63,917 nt of DNA, filler included, from Octopus bimaculoides (GCF_001194135.2; 5 parts of 5 records of this genome joined end to end with filler, not necessarily neighbours in it); one strand, 5' to 3'; shown: positions 1-13,400, counted from the whole stretch's first letter. A program made the numbers and translations. Notes: a model not told the origin generated them from the letters alone.

Positions 1-1185
1 CGGTACTCTAAAAGTGTTGGGGCTGCAGATCTTCCCCTCTGTTTCAATATTCTCATTTTGTGCTGAGAGCCATCAGCTTTTCATTGGCCCTCCTCACTAG
101 CACGAAAATCCGCTGCTGCACAGATGGTTGTTGTTGTAGTGAGATTTTTTCTTTTTCAAGCTTGTTGTTTTTGATTCTGTTGTGGTTGTTTGTGATGGCG
201 TTGGTGATTGTGGTGCTTATAGTGTTGGTGTTGTCATCAGTGTGTCTGTGCTTGCCGTTTCTTGGATTTCTCCCTTTTTTCTGTGTCTCTTTCTTGTTTT
301 TTTTTTTGCCTTTTAGGCTTCCCCCTCATCATCACTTGGATGCGTGGAGGAGTCCATGTCTTGTGTGTTTTCTTCTGGTGTTGTTTGTTCTGGTTCTCAT
401 GTAGTTGCTCCTGCTAGTGTAGCTTCCGCCACTGGTGGTGCTGGTGCTACTCCCGTTGCCACCTTCACTGTAACACCTGCCTATTTTGTCTCCTTGAGTT
501 CAATTTCTGTTTCTATTCTCCTGCCTTTCTGTTGTTGTTGTTGTTCTTGTTAATTTTTGTCCACTCAAGGGTTGTGGTGCTTTTGCTTGGACATTTCTTT
601 CTGTCCTTTTGTTCTGGTTCTGTGGGCAGAAAAAGCCTAAGTGGCCTTACTGTTTTGAACTACAATTGTGTCACCTCGACTTTCTGCCCCCCTCTACCAC
701 TCTTAGTTCTATTCCATTCGAGAGGGAAATAAGGTTTGGGACTTTCTCTAACTGCTCTGACTTCCCGTGGAGAGTCTCCAAGGTAGTCCCAACCCAATTC
801 TCCCTCCTCGATCATTTAACACCCAGGAGATTCTCTCCCCCGTCCGTACAAATACAAGCGAGAATCCACCATAAATCCAGTCCTGGTGGACTCCAGTTAC
901 CGTACTTCGTATCGCTCTTCTTCCCATGTATGTTGGGAAGAGGGCGATTTCCTCGGTGCGACGCGCGGTCCCCGAGCTTTGTATCACCTGCCCCTCGGTC
1001 TTAAAAAGGGCCTCTACTCCGCCGTACTACCATGCTGGGTCTTCCTTCACGTGGATCCCAAATCTACCTATTATTCCAAGTACTTGTTTGCACGCAACGG
1101 CAGTTTCACGTCGATATCCCGCTTCGACTGTCGGGCTAAACCAAACGAGGGTAATCAACCGGTATGTATCTCTTGGTAAGTTAGG
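1..1185 (-). mobile_element. Degenerate ORF1 (gag-like) of an L1/Tx1-like non-LTR retrotransposon
   Basis: The minus strand gives EEIALFPTYMGRR, matching ELVLLPTYLGS of the ORF1 at 41.0-42.1 kb. A broken zinc knuckle (CSSKQ*GHLGFFC, ~626-664) is followed by a Q/T/P-rich low-complexity tail. Stops and frameshifts are present. Confidence 0.65.
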
Positions 1186-1964
1186 GCTTGCCTACCTATG
1201 CTTGTAAAGACTGAATCTGTTGAATCCTGTGGAATAAACCTTCGTGGTTCAACGCAGAGGAAGGCGGCTGCAGTAGCGCATTATAGAGTGCAGAACGTAA
1301 GATTAACCGACCAAGACATCTTGGTCATTGACTACATCTGTCTCTACCCACGCATCGTCTTGACCTGGTCTAGTCTTCGTAAGCGTGTAGATTATTATCA
1401 AGTAAATTTTAATTTTAAAATTATCCTCCCTTTTCTCTGAGATTCACCAATTATTACCGCTGAGTTAACTTTATTTCTTTCTCCGACTAAAAGAGGCAAT
1501 TTCAGTTATTGAGAATTTTATTTATATATCTATTTAGTACATGACCCTTTAACTTATATACAAAACTTTGTTCTAGGTTTGGACAGCTTCCAGAGCTGAA
1601 CACTCTTGATCATTTATGTCACTATTGAAAGTTTTATGATTCAAGAACTTTTCAAAGCCAGGAATTATTATTTGCGACATCTCAAGAAGAATAGTGCAAA
1701 TTAGAGCTGGCATTAATGAAAGAAAAAATAGCAACAACAACACTAGCTGATAGTATGATTAATACGATTATAAAAACCCACACGATAATTATGCCAATAG
1801 CATTGATTATTGAAATTTGATGTTAAATTAACTAATGTTATGTTTCTTTTTTTTTATTAAAATGTATGTAACTTACGATTTGACTTCAATGAAAACGAAC
1901 AAATGTTTTCAAAATGAAAGAAAATGTTTTGATGGACGGTATGTTATTATGTATTTCCGTTTCT

Positions 1965-1985
1965 ATCTATCTATCTATCTATCTA

Positions 1986-2018
<33 letters not shown>

Positions 2019-2142
2019 TTTCTGTCTGTCTGTATGTATGTATGTATTTATATATGTATATACATGTGTATATATATATGTGTGTATATAAATGTGTGTG
2101 TACGTATATATGCATGTATGTATGTATGTATGTATGTATACT
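1965..2142. repeat. Compound microsatellite (CTAT)n(CTGT)n(GTAT)n
   Basis: Directly visible. Confidence 0.95.
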
Positions 2143-2221
2143 ATCAGAATATGTCTATGGCCGATACACCACAGTACTTGTTTTGTTAAACTGTTGTCCT
2201 CTGCATTTTATCAGCTTAGAC

Positions 2222-2408
2222 CAGTGCTTCGCAATCGTTATACCACAGTATACTCGTGTGCTACAAGACGAGGTTGGGTGTGCCGCAGTGTAACCTGAAT
2301 ATAATATTTTCCCCTGTACTTTTAGTTATAATTTTAGTTCAAGTGTGCCACCAACATTTCCAAAAGAATATAAAATGTACTGCAAGTGAAAAAAAGCTGC
2401 GGAGCACT
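2222..2408. mobile_element. hAT (Buster/Charlie-type) MITE
   Basis: Termini CAGTGCTTCGCA / TGCGGAGCACT form imperfect inverted repeats. The 8-bp flanks gcttagac / tattagac (6/8 identical) carry the central TA typical of Buster-type target duplications. Confidence 0.6.
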
Positions 2409-2489
2409 TATTAGACAAAAGTGAAAGTATTTATGAAAGTCCGAGTACATGAAAGCTAAAAAATTTTTAAATCAACAATATGTGATCCT

Positions 2490-2800
2490 CTATAGGGAGG
2501 AGACGTTCGAGGGCTGCTCATGGAAAAACCCATAAAACCTCATGGGTACTCTGACTTTTGGGACAAGTGCCTTTTTCCTTTCCTTTTTTCCAACTACAGG
2601 CGTATGCTCAGAGCAGGCTCGTTCACTCGCACCATTCTCGCCACTTCCATCCACCTTTCAGCAAACTGGCTTGAAAACAACACTTCCCTCTCTATCCTTA
2701 TTTTCCTTTTCGAGTTAAACTTGAAGAAGTTTATCAGGAATTGGCCAAATAGAAAAGTGTTCTATAATAATAATTTCGACTGTCACATTTTCTGCTAGAA
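2490..2800 (-). mobile_element. L1/Tx1-like LINE ORF2 C-terminus and part of 3' UTR
   Basis: The minus strand reads NTFLFGQFLINFFKFNSKRKIRIEREVLFSSQFAERWMEVARMVRVNEPALSIRL*, homologous to DTFLFGQALFNFFKFHLKRKVRIERKVL at 43.2 kb and to the 46.3-kb copy. Confidence 0.85.
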
Positions 2801-3086
2801 GCACGTTGTTATTAATGGTTGATGGGGTGATGCCTAATTTGGAGTCGTCGATGTATGACTATTTGCTTAATTAGTGTGCTGCCGGTCAAAGGGAGATGGC
2901 AATAATCTTATACCTAATGACATGGGCCAACAGTCATCTGGTGCAGCTAATTGAAACAGACGATGTTGATGTTTTCTGGACAGCTAAAGCTGTTGTTTAT
3001 TTTATCACTTGTCAGTATTTCGGCGACATATTGCGGAAATATTAACAGGTATATTATTAGATCATTAAACAATATTATGCTGACAC

Positions 3087-3129
<43 letters not shown>

Positions 3130-3803
3130 NNNNNNNNNNNNNNNNNNNNNNNNNNNNNNNNNNNNNNNNNNNNNNNNNNNNNNNNNNNNNNNNNNNNNNN
3201 NNNNNNNNNNNNNNNNNNNNNNNNNNNNNNNNNNNNNNNNNNNNNNNNNNNNNNNNNNNNNNNNNNNNNNNNNNNNNNNNNNNNNNNNNNNNNNNNNNNN
3301 NNNNNNNNNNNNNNNNNNNNNNNNNNNNNNNNNNNNNNNNNNNNNNNNNNNNNNNNNNNNNNNNNNNNNNNNNNNNNNNNNNNNNNNNNNNNNNNNNNNN
3401 NNNNNNNNNNNNNNNNNNNNNNNNNNNNNNNNNNNNNNNNNNNNNNNNNNNNNNNNNNNNNNNNNNNNNNNNNNNNNNNNNNNNNNNNNNNNNNNNNNNN
3501 NNNNNNNNNNNNNNNNNNNNNNNNNNNNNNNNNNNNNNNNNNNNNNNNNNNNNNNNNNNNNNNNNNNNNNNNNNNNNNNNNNNNNNNNNNNNNNNNNNNN
3601 NNNNNNNNNNNNNNNNNNNNNNNNNNNNNNNNNNNNNNNNNNNNNNNNNNNNNNNNNNNNNNNNNNNNNNNNNNNNNNNNNNNNNNNNNNNNNNNNNNNN
3701 NNNNNNNNNNNNNNNNNNNNNNNNNNNNNNNNNNNNNNNNNNNNNNNNNNNNNNNNNNNNNNNNNNNNNNNNNNNNNNNNNNNNNNNNNNNNNNNNNNNN
3801 NNN

Positions 3804-3857
<54 letters not shown>
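3087..3857. repeat. (TA)n and (CA)n microsatellites flanking an assembly gap
   Basis: Directly visible. The ORFs listed across this interval are N-run artefacts. Confidence 0.95.
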
Positions 3858-3859
<2 letters not shown>

Positions 3860-3942
3860 GAAAACTACACGTTAACAATGTTTCAGTAGAATAAGTATAT
3901 ATCGTTATGCATTTAATATGTGTGCATATATATGTGATTATA

Positions 3943-4790
3943 TAGAGTGGCCCAGAGTCACTGAGGGGTTTTAAATTTTAATAAGTCCTTTATTTTTACA
4001 AATTGTAATTCAGTATAGAGGAGATAATGGAGATTAGTTTGCACTAGTCCTTTTTCATCATACTTCTGCATTATGTATGAAAAATGACATCTTTTAAATG
4101 GCGTCTATTTTCAGCTTCACACCTTACGGTGAGCAATTCTCTTTGGTGTAATGCTCTCGGATTCTCAGAGGCCCAAATCCGGCAATTTTGACTGTTGATG
4201 GACCTATTCAAATGAAAGTGAGCTTTATCAGACATGATCAATTTTTGTGTAAAATTTGGGTAATTTCGTGCCAGTTCCTGGATTTTAACAGCATATTGGA
4301 GCCTGTGCTCATAGTCCTGGGCCTTCAACTGTTAATGCAACTGTACCTTGTATGGAAAAAGGTTAAGGCTGCTGAGAACTCTTTGCAGCAAAATTTGAAA
4401 TCCCAACCTGTCTGGACCGCCTTCAAGTTGACGTGATCGGATTCTGTTCAATACTCTCTCCCACTCGTTCCTTTACAGTGCGAGGTCTCTCTGATCGTGG
4501 AAATCACTTACTGCAACTTGTTTTCCAAAACGATGCACTACGTTCCTAATTGTGTTTTCACTTGGGGTATCTTTCATTTGAAAGTGCCAACATGCTCTCT
4601 GAGTTTGTATAATTGACCCAAGATTTTCATAGAATGTCTTCACCAATTGGGTGTGTTGTGCGGTGCCATATTATTTCAAAATTAATATTCAGAACCTAGT
4701 CCATAAAATCCCTGAAAAGAAAAGAAAGATGTCAAAAAATAAAAGATTTATCAAAAATTGTAATCTCTCAGTGACTTTTGATCCACCCTG
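3943..4790 (-). mobile_element. Internally deleted Tc1/mariner-superfamily DNA transposon
   Basis: Imperfect TIRs (TAGAGTGGCCCAGAGTCACTGAG vs CAGGGTGGATCAAAAGTCACTGAG) are flanked by TA. The transposase remnant IMSDKAHFHLNRSINSQNCRIWASENP (first catalytic D region) resembles rosa/maT-type elements; the subfamily is uncertain. Confidence 0.85.
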
Positions 4791-4801
4791 TATATTCTTT
4801 T

Positions 4802-4975
4802 CTACTCTAGGCACAAGGCCCGAAATTTTGTGGGGAGGAGGCCAGTCGATTAGATCTTCTCTAGTACGCAACTGGTACTTAATTTATCGACCTCGAAAGA
4901 ATGAAAAGCAAAGTCGACTACGGCGGAATTTGAACTCAGAACGTAAAGTCAGACGAAATACCGCTAAGCCACTCT
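4802..4975 (-). mobile_element. tRNA-derived SINE family A (tail-2 variant)
   Basis: Reverse complement of the recurrent ...GAGTTCAAATTCCGCC...GACTTTGCCTTTCATCCTTTCGGGGTCGATAAATTAAGTACCAG... unit with a B-box-like GTTCAAATTCC; more than 10 copies in the window. Confidence 0.85.
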
Positions 4976-4989
4976 GTAAATTGCGCTAG

Positions 4990-5870
4990 GTCAAAAGTTT
5001 TACAATATTATTTGCTTCGTTTGTCAAGTTACGACAAAAGCAGCCTAGCATTCAAAGTAAAGGCCATCATGTGGCATCACCTGAAGCCACCTTTCTGCCA
5101 GTTCTTTGATTTCACGCTGATACCAGTTTTGTCCTTCAAGGTGAATAACTCTTTCATTGAAGCTTCCACTGCCTCTTAGTTGATGAAGCGTCGCGAGCGC
5201 AGGAAGTGAGCCATGGATCGGGACAAGTAATAATCCGAGAGAGACATTTTTGCGCAATGCTAATGTGCAGAAGCAGTGGTTAAGCAAGGGCCAGCTTCTG
5301 GGACCTGTCGCTAAACATGGGCATTTCGAACACAAAATGACGCTCTCCGTCTGGTGGAATTATGAAGAGATAATCCACTACAAGTTTGTTCCTGCCGATC
5401 GAACCATTGAAGTCAACCTGTGTTCCGAATAGCTGAAGCGAATGTATGCCATTGTGCTGCAAAAGTACTAGGCATTGGTTAAAAGAAAGCGAAGACTTCT
5501 GCAACAAAGACATCGCAAGACCTCAAAACACACGAACGACCCGGAATAAAGTCCAGGAATTTGAGAGAATTAAATTGAAGCTACACCCATGTAGTCCGGG
5601 CCTAGCTCCCTCGGATTATTACTTGTTCCCATCCATAGCTTACTTCATGTGCTCTCAGCGCTTCACCAACCAAGAAGAGGTGGAATCTTCGGTGAAGGAG
5701 TTCTTCGTCTCGAATGACAAGAACTGGTATCAGCGTGAGTTAAAGAACTGGCAGAAAGTTGGTTTCAAACAGTGCAACATGACATTCTATACTTCGATGC
5801 TGGATTGCTTTTGTCGTAACTTGTCGAATGAAGCAAATAATATTACCAAAATATTGCAAAACTTCTGGCT
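4990..5870 (+). mobile_element. Rearranged mariner (DD34D-like) transposase fossil with an inverted copy of its own 3' end
   Basis: The forward remnants KMTLSVWWN and LHPCSPGLAPSDYYLF...KNWYQRELK are mariner motifs (PYSPDLAPSDY). Interval 4990-5245 is the reverse complement of ~5610-5870. Confidence 0.8.
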
Positions 5871-6040
5871 CAAGTGTGTGTGAGTGTGTGTATGTGTATG
5901 TGTGTGAGTGTATGTGTGTGCATGTGTGTGTATGTGTGTGTGTGTGTGAGTGTGTGTATGTGCATGTGTGTACCCTTCATGACATCAACATTAAGGCACT
6001 CTAGTTATTGTTTTCAAATTTTGGCACAAGAACAACAATT

Positions 6041-6275
6041 TCGGGATGAGTCGATTACATCGATACCACTGTTCAAATAGTACTTATTTAATCGGCCCCG
6101 AAGAGATGAAAGGCAAAGTTTTTTCGTTCTGCGTTCAAATTCCGCCAAGGTCGAATTTGCCTTTCATCTTTTCGAGATTGACAAGATAAAAACCGGTTGA
6201 GTACTGGCATCGATGTAATCGACTAACCCCCTCCCCTGAAATTGCTGGCTTTGTACTAAAATTTGAAACCAATAT
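6041..6275. mobile_element. Two SINE family A fragments, head-to-head
   Basis: 6041-6118 is the minus-strand core; 6133-6275 is the plus-strand B box plus core. Confidence 0.75.
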
Positions 6276-8639
6276 TTCACCTAACTCTAAGACAGTGTAC
6301 AGTGCCCATGTCAGAGAGAATAATACCACTTCTAATCAGGATAAAATATAAAGAGATAATAAGCATGCTAACGGTTCGATTGCTTGAGATACTTGTACGT
6401 GTGGGGTAGATATAACCGCTAGGTCAGTGCTTATGATCTTTGCAAGTCCTCTAAGATCGGTTAGCTTGAGTTAAGGTTCTGTTCAACCTGTTGTGTGCCA
6501 ACACCTGCTGATGGAGATTCCAGAGGGACGATGTACTGGAAAGAAAGGGATGGAGACAGTAGTTATTGGTAGTCCAGGGATGGTGGACTTGATATGGGTG
6601 AGGGGAGGTGGAGAGACGAGCGAGTTGGAAGTGGCTGAGTAGTGGAAGTTTGAGTCCAGCCGAATTTGAGGAACAGAGGACAAATTAGTAGCAATAGAGA
6701 GAGTGAGGTGGGAGAGAGGGAGAAAGAGGCGGAGAGGAGGTTGTACACATGTAGGCCAGAGGCCGGGGTGTGTCTGTCAGGAATTGAAAGTCTGTTAGGA
6801 ATAGAAAGCGCTGTGCACTATCTTCGACTATCAAATTTCACTTACGTGGGACTGGTCAACATGTGGTGACAATAGAAGGACACTTACTTAGCGAGTCATG
6901 CAGTAGAATCGAATTCTAAACTACTTGGTTATAAAGCAAACTTCTTAAGCACGAATTCAAAGAGATTTTAGGTTTTTGAAAAAACTAGACACCTTCTACT
7001 GTCTCTGTTTACAAATTCGTTAATTGTTCTGTATTGTTTTTCTTTTACATCTAAATTAGTTTTTTTGAAAGTGAAATAGACTTGGCACGATATTCATTAC
7101 CTTTTATCTCTCAATAAGTATTACGCTTAAACCACTAAGCGATGTGTCTCGCTTTACTTACACCAATAAAACACCATAGTAATAGAATTGCAAAACCAAA
7201 TGAATAATAATGGAACAAAGTTCAATTCTTTTCAATGGTAGTCCCAACACGCATCCCAATTTAAAACTAACATCTGGTCCTTGTTGGCATTTAGCAGAAT
7301 TCACACTGTTGAAAACTCTAGAGCCGTAGCTTGATTCCCTTTCAGCTCACGTTTTTTTTTTCTTCTACATACGTCAAATTCGGATATCAATATTACACTC
7401 GTCTAACAATAAATTAAAATTAGTAGAGTAGTGCACTGGTCAGATTTAAAATTGTATTGGAACGAAAAGTTAATCTGATTACCTAGTATTTTTTTCTGTT
7501 GCATTCAATTATATGGTTTAATATTCTCTGCGTCGCGGTCGTCGTCGTCGTCGCCATTGACGTCATCGTTGTCGTCGTCGTTGCTGTTGCAAACCCCCTA
7601 CATTATAGCTCTGATCGGGTAGGTTTACGGCCTATGATTAAGAGCAACCCGACCGGTCTTTCTGTGCACCAGGAGACTACATCATCTAGTGTGTACTTTC
7701 TTTTAAGACGGCAGGCTGTAATTTGAGGGAGATTTGTGTGACTATTTCTCGTTTGTCGATCGAGCGGCTGTGTCAACCAAGGTAGTGGCGCGCTACTAAG
7801 GAATCTGAGAATTACTAAGGTATTGTAAAGTTTAAAATTGCTACCATTTCTAGGCTAATCTTAAGAATCAGAAGTAATGTTTACGAATGAACACTTCAGT
7901 TATTAATACTGCCATTGAATACTTCCGTTCTTTATCGAAGTCCGATAAACATAAAATCCTTAATTTTTAAAATCATGCCTTCAACAATGATAATTTCACA
8001 AAATTTCTATTAAAAAGAATAAGGCGAAACAATTTGTTCCAACATAGATGAATTTCTGTACAGGCATTTGTTTGATCTTGCAACCGTAATACATTAGAGA
8101 AGTTTTTAAAAAAATTCTTATGAAACTATGGTTAAGCAGTTCACAGAATCTAAAAATTGCATTGGAGCGAAAAGCTAATTTGTGAATAACTGACATTTTT
8201 GTGTTTTACTCAGTTTTTTGGTTCAATACTCTCCAAGATGCTGTTGCTGTTGTTTTCCCATTGTTGAACTCACTAATGGGAGATATGCTGTTAAGTCAGT
8301 AAGTAAAGTCAGTAAGTTAAGTCAGTAAGTAAAGAATGAAATTATTAAGTAATAAAAGTATCATTCCCTTTGTTTCTTCATTTATATGCATTTTGATAAA
8401 TATCCAATAAAAAAATTTCTATCACTTTCTCTGAATCGATTGCTCAGGTCTGGCCATAATCAACTTAATTATAGCATGTAATCAATTATTTATATTTAAA
8501 AGAAACTAAATTTGTTTTATACGCCATTCAGTTGAAACTAGGCTTTTCTTTTTACGTTAGTTCTTCATTAAAATAATAAGAATATGTAAATATTGATACT
8601 GTATCAGCTCAATGAAAAGAGAAAATTTCGAATAATTAC

Positions 8640-10420
8640 GTAAATATTTGAAATATGGTGTTATTTCATCCATCATTAGTGAGCAATTAACAACATGTTT
8701 ATTATGTGAAAAACACTTTCTCACACGAAGTAATGAAACAGTCAAGAATGATTGATCATTTTGGAACAAAGCATTTAAATAAAGCAAAAAAAAAAAAAAA
8801 AGGAGGCTTGCTATGTTCAGGATTTAAAAGGTAAAAGGAAATTCAAAAATCGATCCACGATTAATGAGGTGATTGTAAAATAAAATAGCCAACTAGAGAA
8901 AGCTTTAGTTGTATCATACGTTTCATAATTAATTACCACAAGCCATTGGCAGAATTTTCTTCTTACTGGCTCTAAATGAAATTATAAATACTATGTTGGG
9001 TCCCGGAAAAAGATTTTTTGTTAAAATTAGATATGAGACAACTCTACCGTAACAACGAAACTTTATTGATCTTCGTGCGTTATTCGAACACTAATCAATA
9101 AGTTATACGAGAGTTCCTATATGTTGAAGGATTGAAAACTGACAGAAAATGTTCTTTAACTTAAAGGATAGTTGAGAACTTTTTCAACAATAAAATATTT
9201 TTCACACAAATATAATGACATTTTCAGCTGATGGAGTCGCCAGTTCGGATTTATAGCACATTTAAAAGAAGCAGCTCCAGATAACTTTATGATTTAGTGT
9301 TATTTATCAGCAACAGTTAGCCGTAAATATCGGGGCAGCAGACCATATAAAGCTCTACACAATGTTATTAAAGCAGTGAATAAGATAAAATCCCGTTTAT
9401 TGAATGATCTTATTGAAAATCAACAAGCATAAGATGCTAAAGCTTCTTCCCGAGTCATATACACTCAAAAGACTGGTTTCCCGGCATCCATGGCGTATGT
9501 ATTTTTTCCTGAACGGGTTGCCGGCCGTCACAGGATAACTCATCTTTGACAGTTGGATGGTTCGGAACAACGTGAAATGAAGTGTTTTACTCACGAATAA
9601 AACATATTACCCAGTTCAGGAATCGAAACCACAATTTTACGATCATGAGTCCAACACCCTTTAGGTGAATTTCGATGGCTTTCTTAGGAAAAATGTCTGG
9701 GACGCTTTTATGATTTCTTAGAATTTTTAAATTGATTAATGAGAAAATGTGCAATAAGGTAAAAAACTAAAGGAATGAGAAGCTTATTTTTCTGAAATCT
9801 CAACAAATAAGATGAACGTCAAATTGTAGGGAAACAATAGGGTCCTTATTTAAGCAAAAGCAATTATAAATTCTTTTACCAGAAAAATTTTACAAAAAAT
9901 AACATTGCGAGATGTGGCTTTCAGTAGTTTCCGAGTTTTATAGATAATAGAATAATGATAGGATTTGATACTAGATAAATATCTGAAGTGTTATCTGCGG
10001 CACAGGAAGATAATATGATGACTAGATTTAAGATGAAGAATTGAAAATATCAGAATGTACCATAAATTTGTACTTTTCCGATGTACATTTTGTCCACCCA
10101 AGCGAACTTGGAATTAATAGACTTACAAAAGAATTTTGAAGCTCATGTATAGTTTCAATTAAGTAGATACGGAGCATTCTGGCCTATGATGTAAAACGAG
10201 TTTTGTAAGCTTTGACAAGAAACATAATTACTAGTTTTTGCTTTTCTTTCTTTCTACTTAGTCGAGAGTCTAGAGTATCCAGTGACACGTTGCAGTTGTT
10301 AATTAACACTGGAATAAATTGCAAATAAGTGAAATAGTTGAGACTTCGTTTGTCAACTACTGGAAACTTGATATTGAAAAATTAGCAAATATTCACAAGG
10401 TTCAGATAGCAATTAAATTA
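8640..10420 (+). mobile_element. hAT (Buster/ZBED5-like) transposase fossil
   Basis: Frame-broken remnants include CLLCEKHFS..MKQSRMIDHFGTKH (BED-like finger), GFIAHLKEAAPDNF, KALHNVIKAVNKIKSR, LQGNNxxLIxAK and a C-terminal dimerisation-like segment near 10.25-10.4 kb. It is interrupted by a SINE at ~9430-9660. Confidence 0.75.
9430..9660 (-). mobile_element. SINE family D fragment
   Basis: The TGAAGTG...GGAATCGAAACCAC...CGATCATGAG pattern is the reverse of a tRNA-like head plus TTGAGCAAG-type core. Related pieces occur at ~40150-40270 and ~52560-52725. Confidence 0.55.
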
Positions 10421-11500
10421 AATAACTTTCCCCGTTAAGTTCTTTAAATTTGCATGTTTTTGCTTTTTAGTGATCAGTTCTATTCATACTCATTATTTAA
10501 AAATGAATTTGTATTAAAGTTACAATTAAAAAAAATTACTATGATTATGAATATGCAAATAATAATGACTTTAGCTCGCATAATAATGTATTGTATTTTT
10601 TAAATTATGGTGACATTAACTCCTACGAAATTCATTCAGGGCATATTAGGTTTTATAACTATCATAAAGCAGTCGTTAAACAAAAGAAAAGCTTAAATGC
10701 TACTGGAGCCTAGGCTCCTTCGTTGAGTGTAGACATAGATAGAATTTCCTGTTTCACAATAATAGCAATGTATTCATTTACGCTTGGTGTTTCAAGTATA
10801 CTGCCCCCTCTCTGAAATTTGTTAATTTGGACAACGGTGAAATCGTAAACCTTTATTTGTAAACATCACATGACTTCAAACACACGAGACTTCAAATTAC
10901 AGTGAAGATTTTGTGAAGACTTATTTCAGACTTTCAAACTAAAGAAGTATTTCATTACAGAATTATCAGCTCACAGATGCATTCTAGTCATACTATACTA
11001 AATAATAGGTGCAGAATTACATACGGTAGATATAATTTTACACATGACCTTATGTGGCTCGAGTTTAAATATTGGGAGTGGCACTCTTCTGTAAAGTGAT
11101 CTTTATTGCTGTTTTTTGTTGTTTAGCGGCCATGTCAGTACTGATCTGGCAGACTTGAAATCATAGGCGTCCCAGTAATGTCTATCCTATCTTAATATTT
11201 TTAGGAATAATATATAGGAAACTTTCGTGTTTAATGTGTTCTTCTTTTTGTTTAAGACGTGAGACCGTGTGTGGAAGGAGATTGGCTGTTATGTCTAGCA
11301 TGTTGAGTGAGTACCACAAAGAGATTTCTTCATCGGTTCTTCAGCAGCAGTTGTTTTATTGGCTTGCTCCGTCTTCGCTAGCCTGTAGTTCTGAGATAAA
11401 ATTGGATGAACGTCACAAGGAAACAAAGGAGATCTCTCTGTACTTCACTGACTTATATATTATACAGTGTCTGTCAGTGTTCTCTTTGCTTGATACAACT

Positions 11501-11535
<35 letters not shown>

Positions 11536-13279
11536 ATATATATATATATATATATTGATAGATAGATAGATTGGTCTCTCCTCATGATGTCAACGAAAAA
11601 GCCTCTAAGTAGCGACATGATTTGCTCGAAATAGCAACAAGATCTCCCTGAAATTATACATTTTCGTCTTAAAAAGAACACTGGGTAACGCGACTCGAGA
11701 TAAACTATGCTACTAAAGATAAAAAGAATGGTCATGAAGTTAATGTCAGTTCAGTTAGATCGAGATGGGCTTGAGATTTAAAGAAAAGAGCAACAACATA
11801 TTCTTATTTAGAGTTGATTTACCCCACTTGCTTTCCAGGTCACTATTTTGCTTTGTTACAACTTTTGTGTGAAGCCGAAAGGTAGAAAGGTGCTTTGAAT
11901 TATACGGGTATCAGAGATAACTTTTATGGACTCACGTATGACAATGTAAGCTAATGTGATGTTCACTTGTCCGGACGCAGACCGTACATTTTACGTCTCA
12001 GAGGAGAAGAGGCGCAATGTTGCTCGTTTTGCAATGCTTTCTGTATTCACATATATTATTGGGGTGTTCTGCTCATGCTACTTCGAATTGTTGGGTTCCA
12101 TCTTAGTTCGATTTGTCTCCAATCTAGCCGGTTATTCTCCAATAATTCTCACTCGTTTGTGTTAATGTTACACATTTTAGGATTTCCTTTATGTATATCT
12201 TTGAATCACGTCCATTGTGTTCTTTCTTTCATATAGTACTAATTAAAAAAGTTGTTTGAGCAGCTGTTGTTTAGTCATTCACTCGATATTTTCGACTCAT
12301 CGAAGATGATGTCTGTACAGTTCTTTCTAGGAACCGCTCTGCTCACCTGCGTTCTTGTACCTATTAGCATTTTCCTCAGAACCTCCGAAACTGGAAGATA
12401 GAAAGTTATCCTGAAACCGAAAAATCTAGCCCGGATTCTGCAAGTACTTCTGCAAATGGTAGTATTAAACCAAGTAATATATAAAATCTGTCACTTAAGA
12501 AATTAGAACTCAAACAGTCGGAACAAATACTGCAAGACATCAAATCCATAGTTCTAGAATTCTGTCAATTTTTCGTCATAGACTGCGACTTTATTTGGTC
12601 GACCTCGAAAGTAGGAAAGGCAGGCTAACTTCGACAGGTTTTTGGAACCAGAGAGCCAATGAAAATACTGAAAAGAATCATGCCCTATGCCCTCACCTGC
12701 TTGTTCGTCTTTGGGAAGAGACTAGATGTGCCTTAAACATAATCTGTCTCACTTTTCTGGACTCAATGTCTTCCACATCGAAAGGGATTATTATGTTGCA
12801 GGCGAAATAAATCTTACGTAATAAGATTTAATCGTTAAGCGAATTTATCCTCTCTATTGGTATGACTTTAATTAATTTTAGATTTTTTAGTTTACTAGAT
12901 TACTAGATTACCTATCTTAATAAATGCTTGCTCTAATTTTGAAGGATGTTGTTCTCTTGATAACCTACTTATTGTTGATGGTGTTCTTATTTGTCCTTTT
13001 TAATGTAGGTAGTATTTACTGTTGTTGAAGGTTTATTATAGTAGAAGTAGCTTTTACTGAGGTTTCAAGTCAGATTAATAATAATTTGACCAGGTTGTTA
13101 TTAATTTTGTTGTTTTTGTTGTTGTTGAGGAGAAATACCAACAATACTAAGTTTTTTTATCCTGAAATTCTTTCCTCGTCAGTTACCAACTATATTGAAT
13201 TTTTAACTTGTACTTCATTTTGCTTTTATATATGTACCAAAAGCACGTACATAAATATCTAGAATGGATTCTCAACAGA

Positions 13280-13314
13280 ATGCACACACAGACACACACA
13301 GACACACACACACA

Positions 13315-13381
<67 letters not shown>

Positions 13382-13400
13382 ACACACACACACACACGTA
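13280..13400. repeat. (CA)n microsatellite
   Basis: Directly visible. Confidence 0.95.

Noticed and set aside
60-404. Hydrophobic 114-aa plus-strand ORF resembling a membrane protein
   Set aside because: It is the antisense shadow of the Q/T/K-rich tail of the LINE ORF1.
2840-2870. Minus-strand YIDD resembling an RT active site upstream of the Tx1 fragment
   Set aside because: The flanking residues do not match RT motifs and the spacing to the C-terminus is far too short; likely chance.
2947-3889. Long ORFs containing X runs (also near 14.3-15.0, 17.2-18.1, 24.9-25.6, 45.5-45.8, 47.2-47.8, 50.9-51.5 and 57.4-57.9 kb)
   Set aside because: They are open only because N gaps and microsatellites contain no stops.
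6340-6960. Purine-rich, higher-GC segment with several short ORFs
   Set aside because: Probably an old TE fragment, but no diagnostic motif could be read in any frame.
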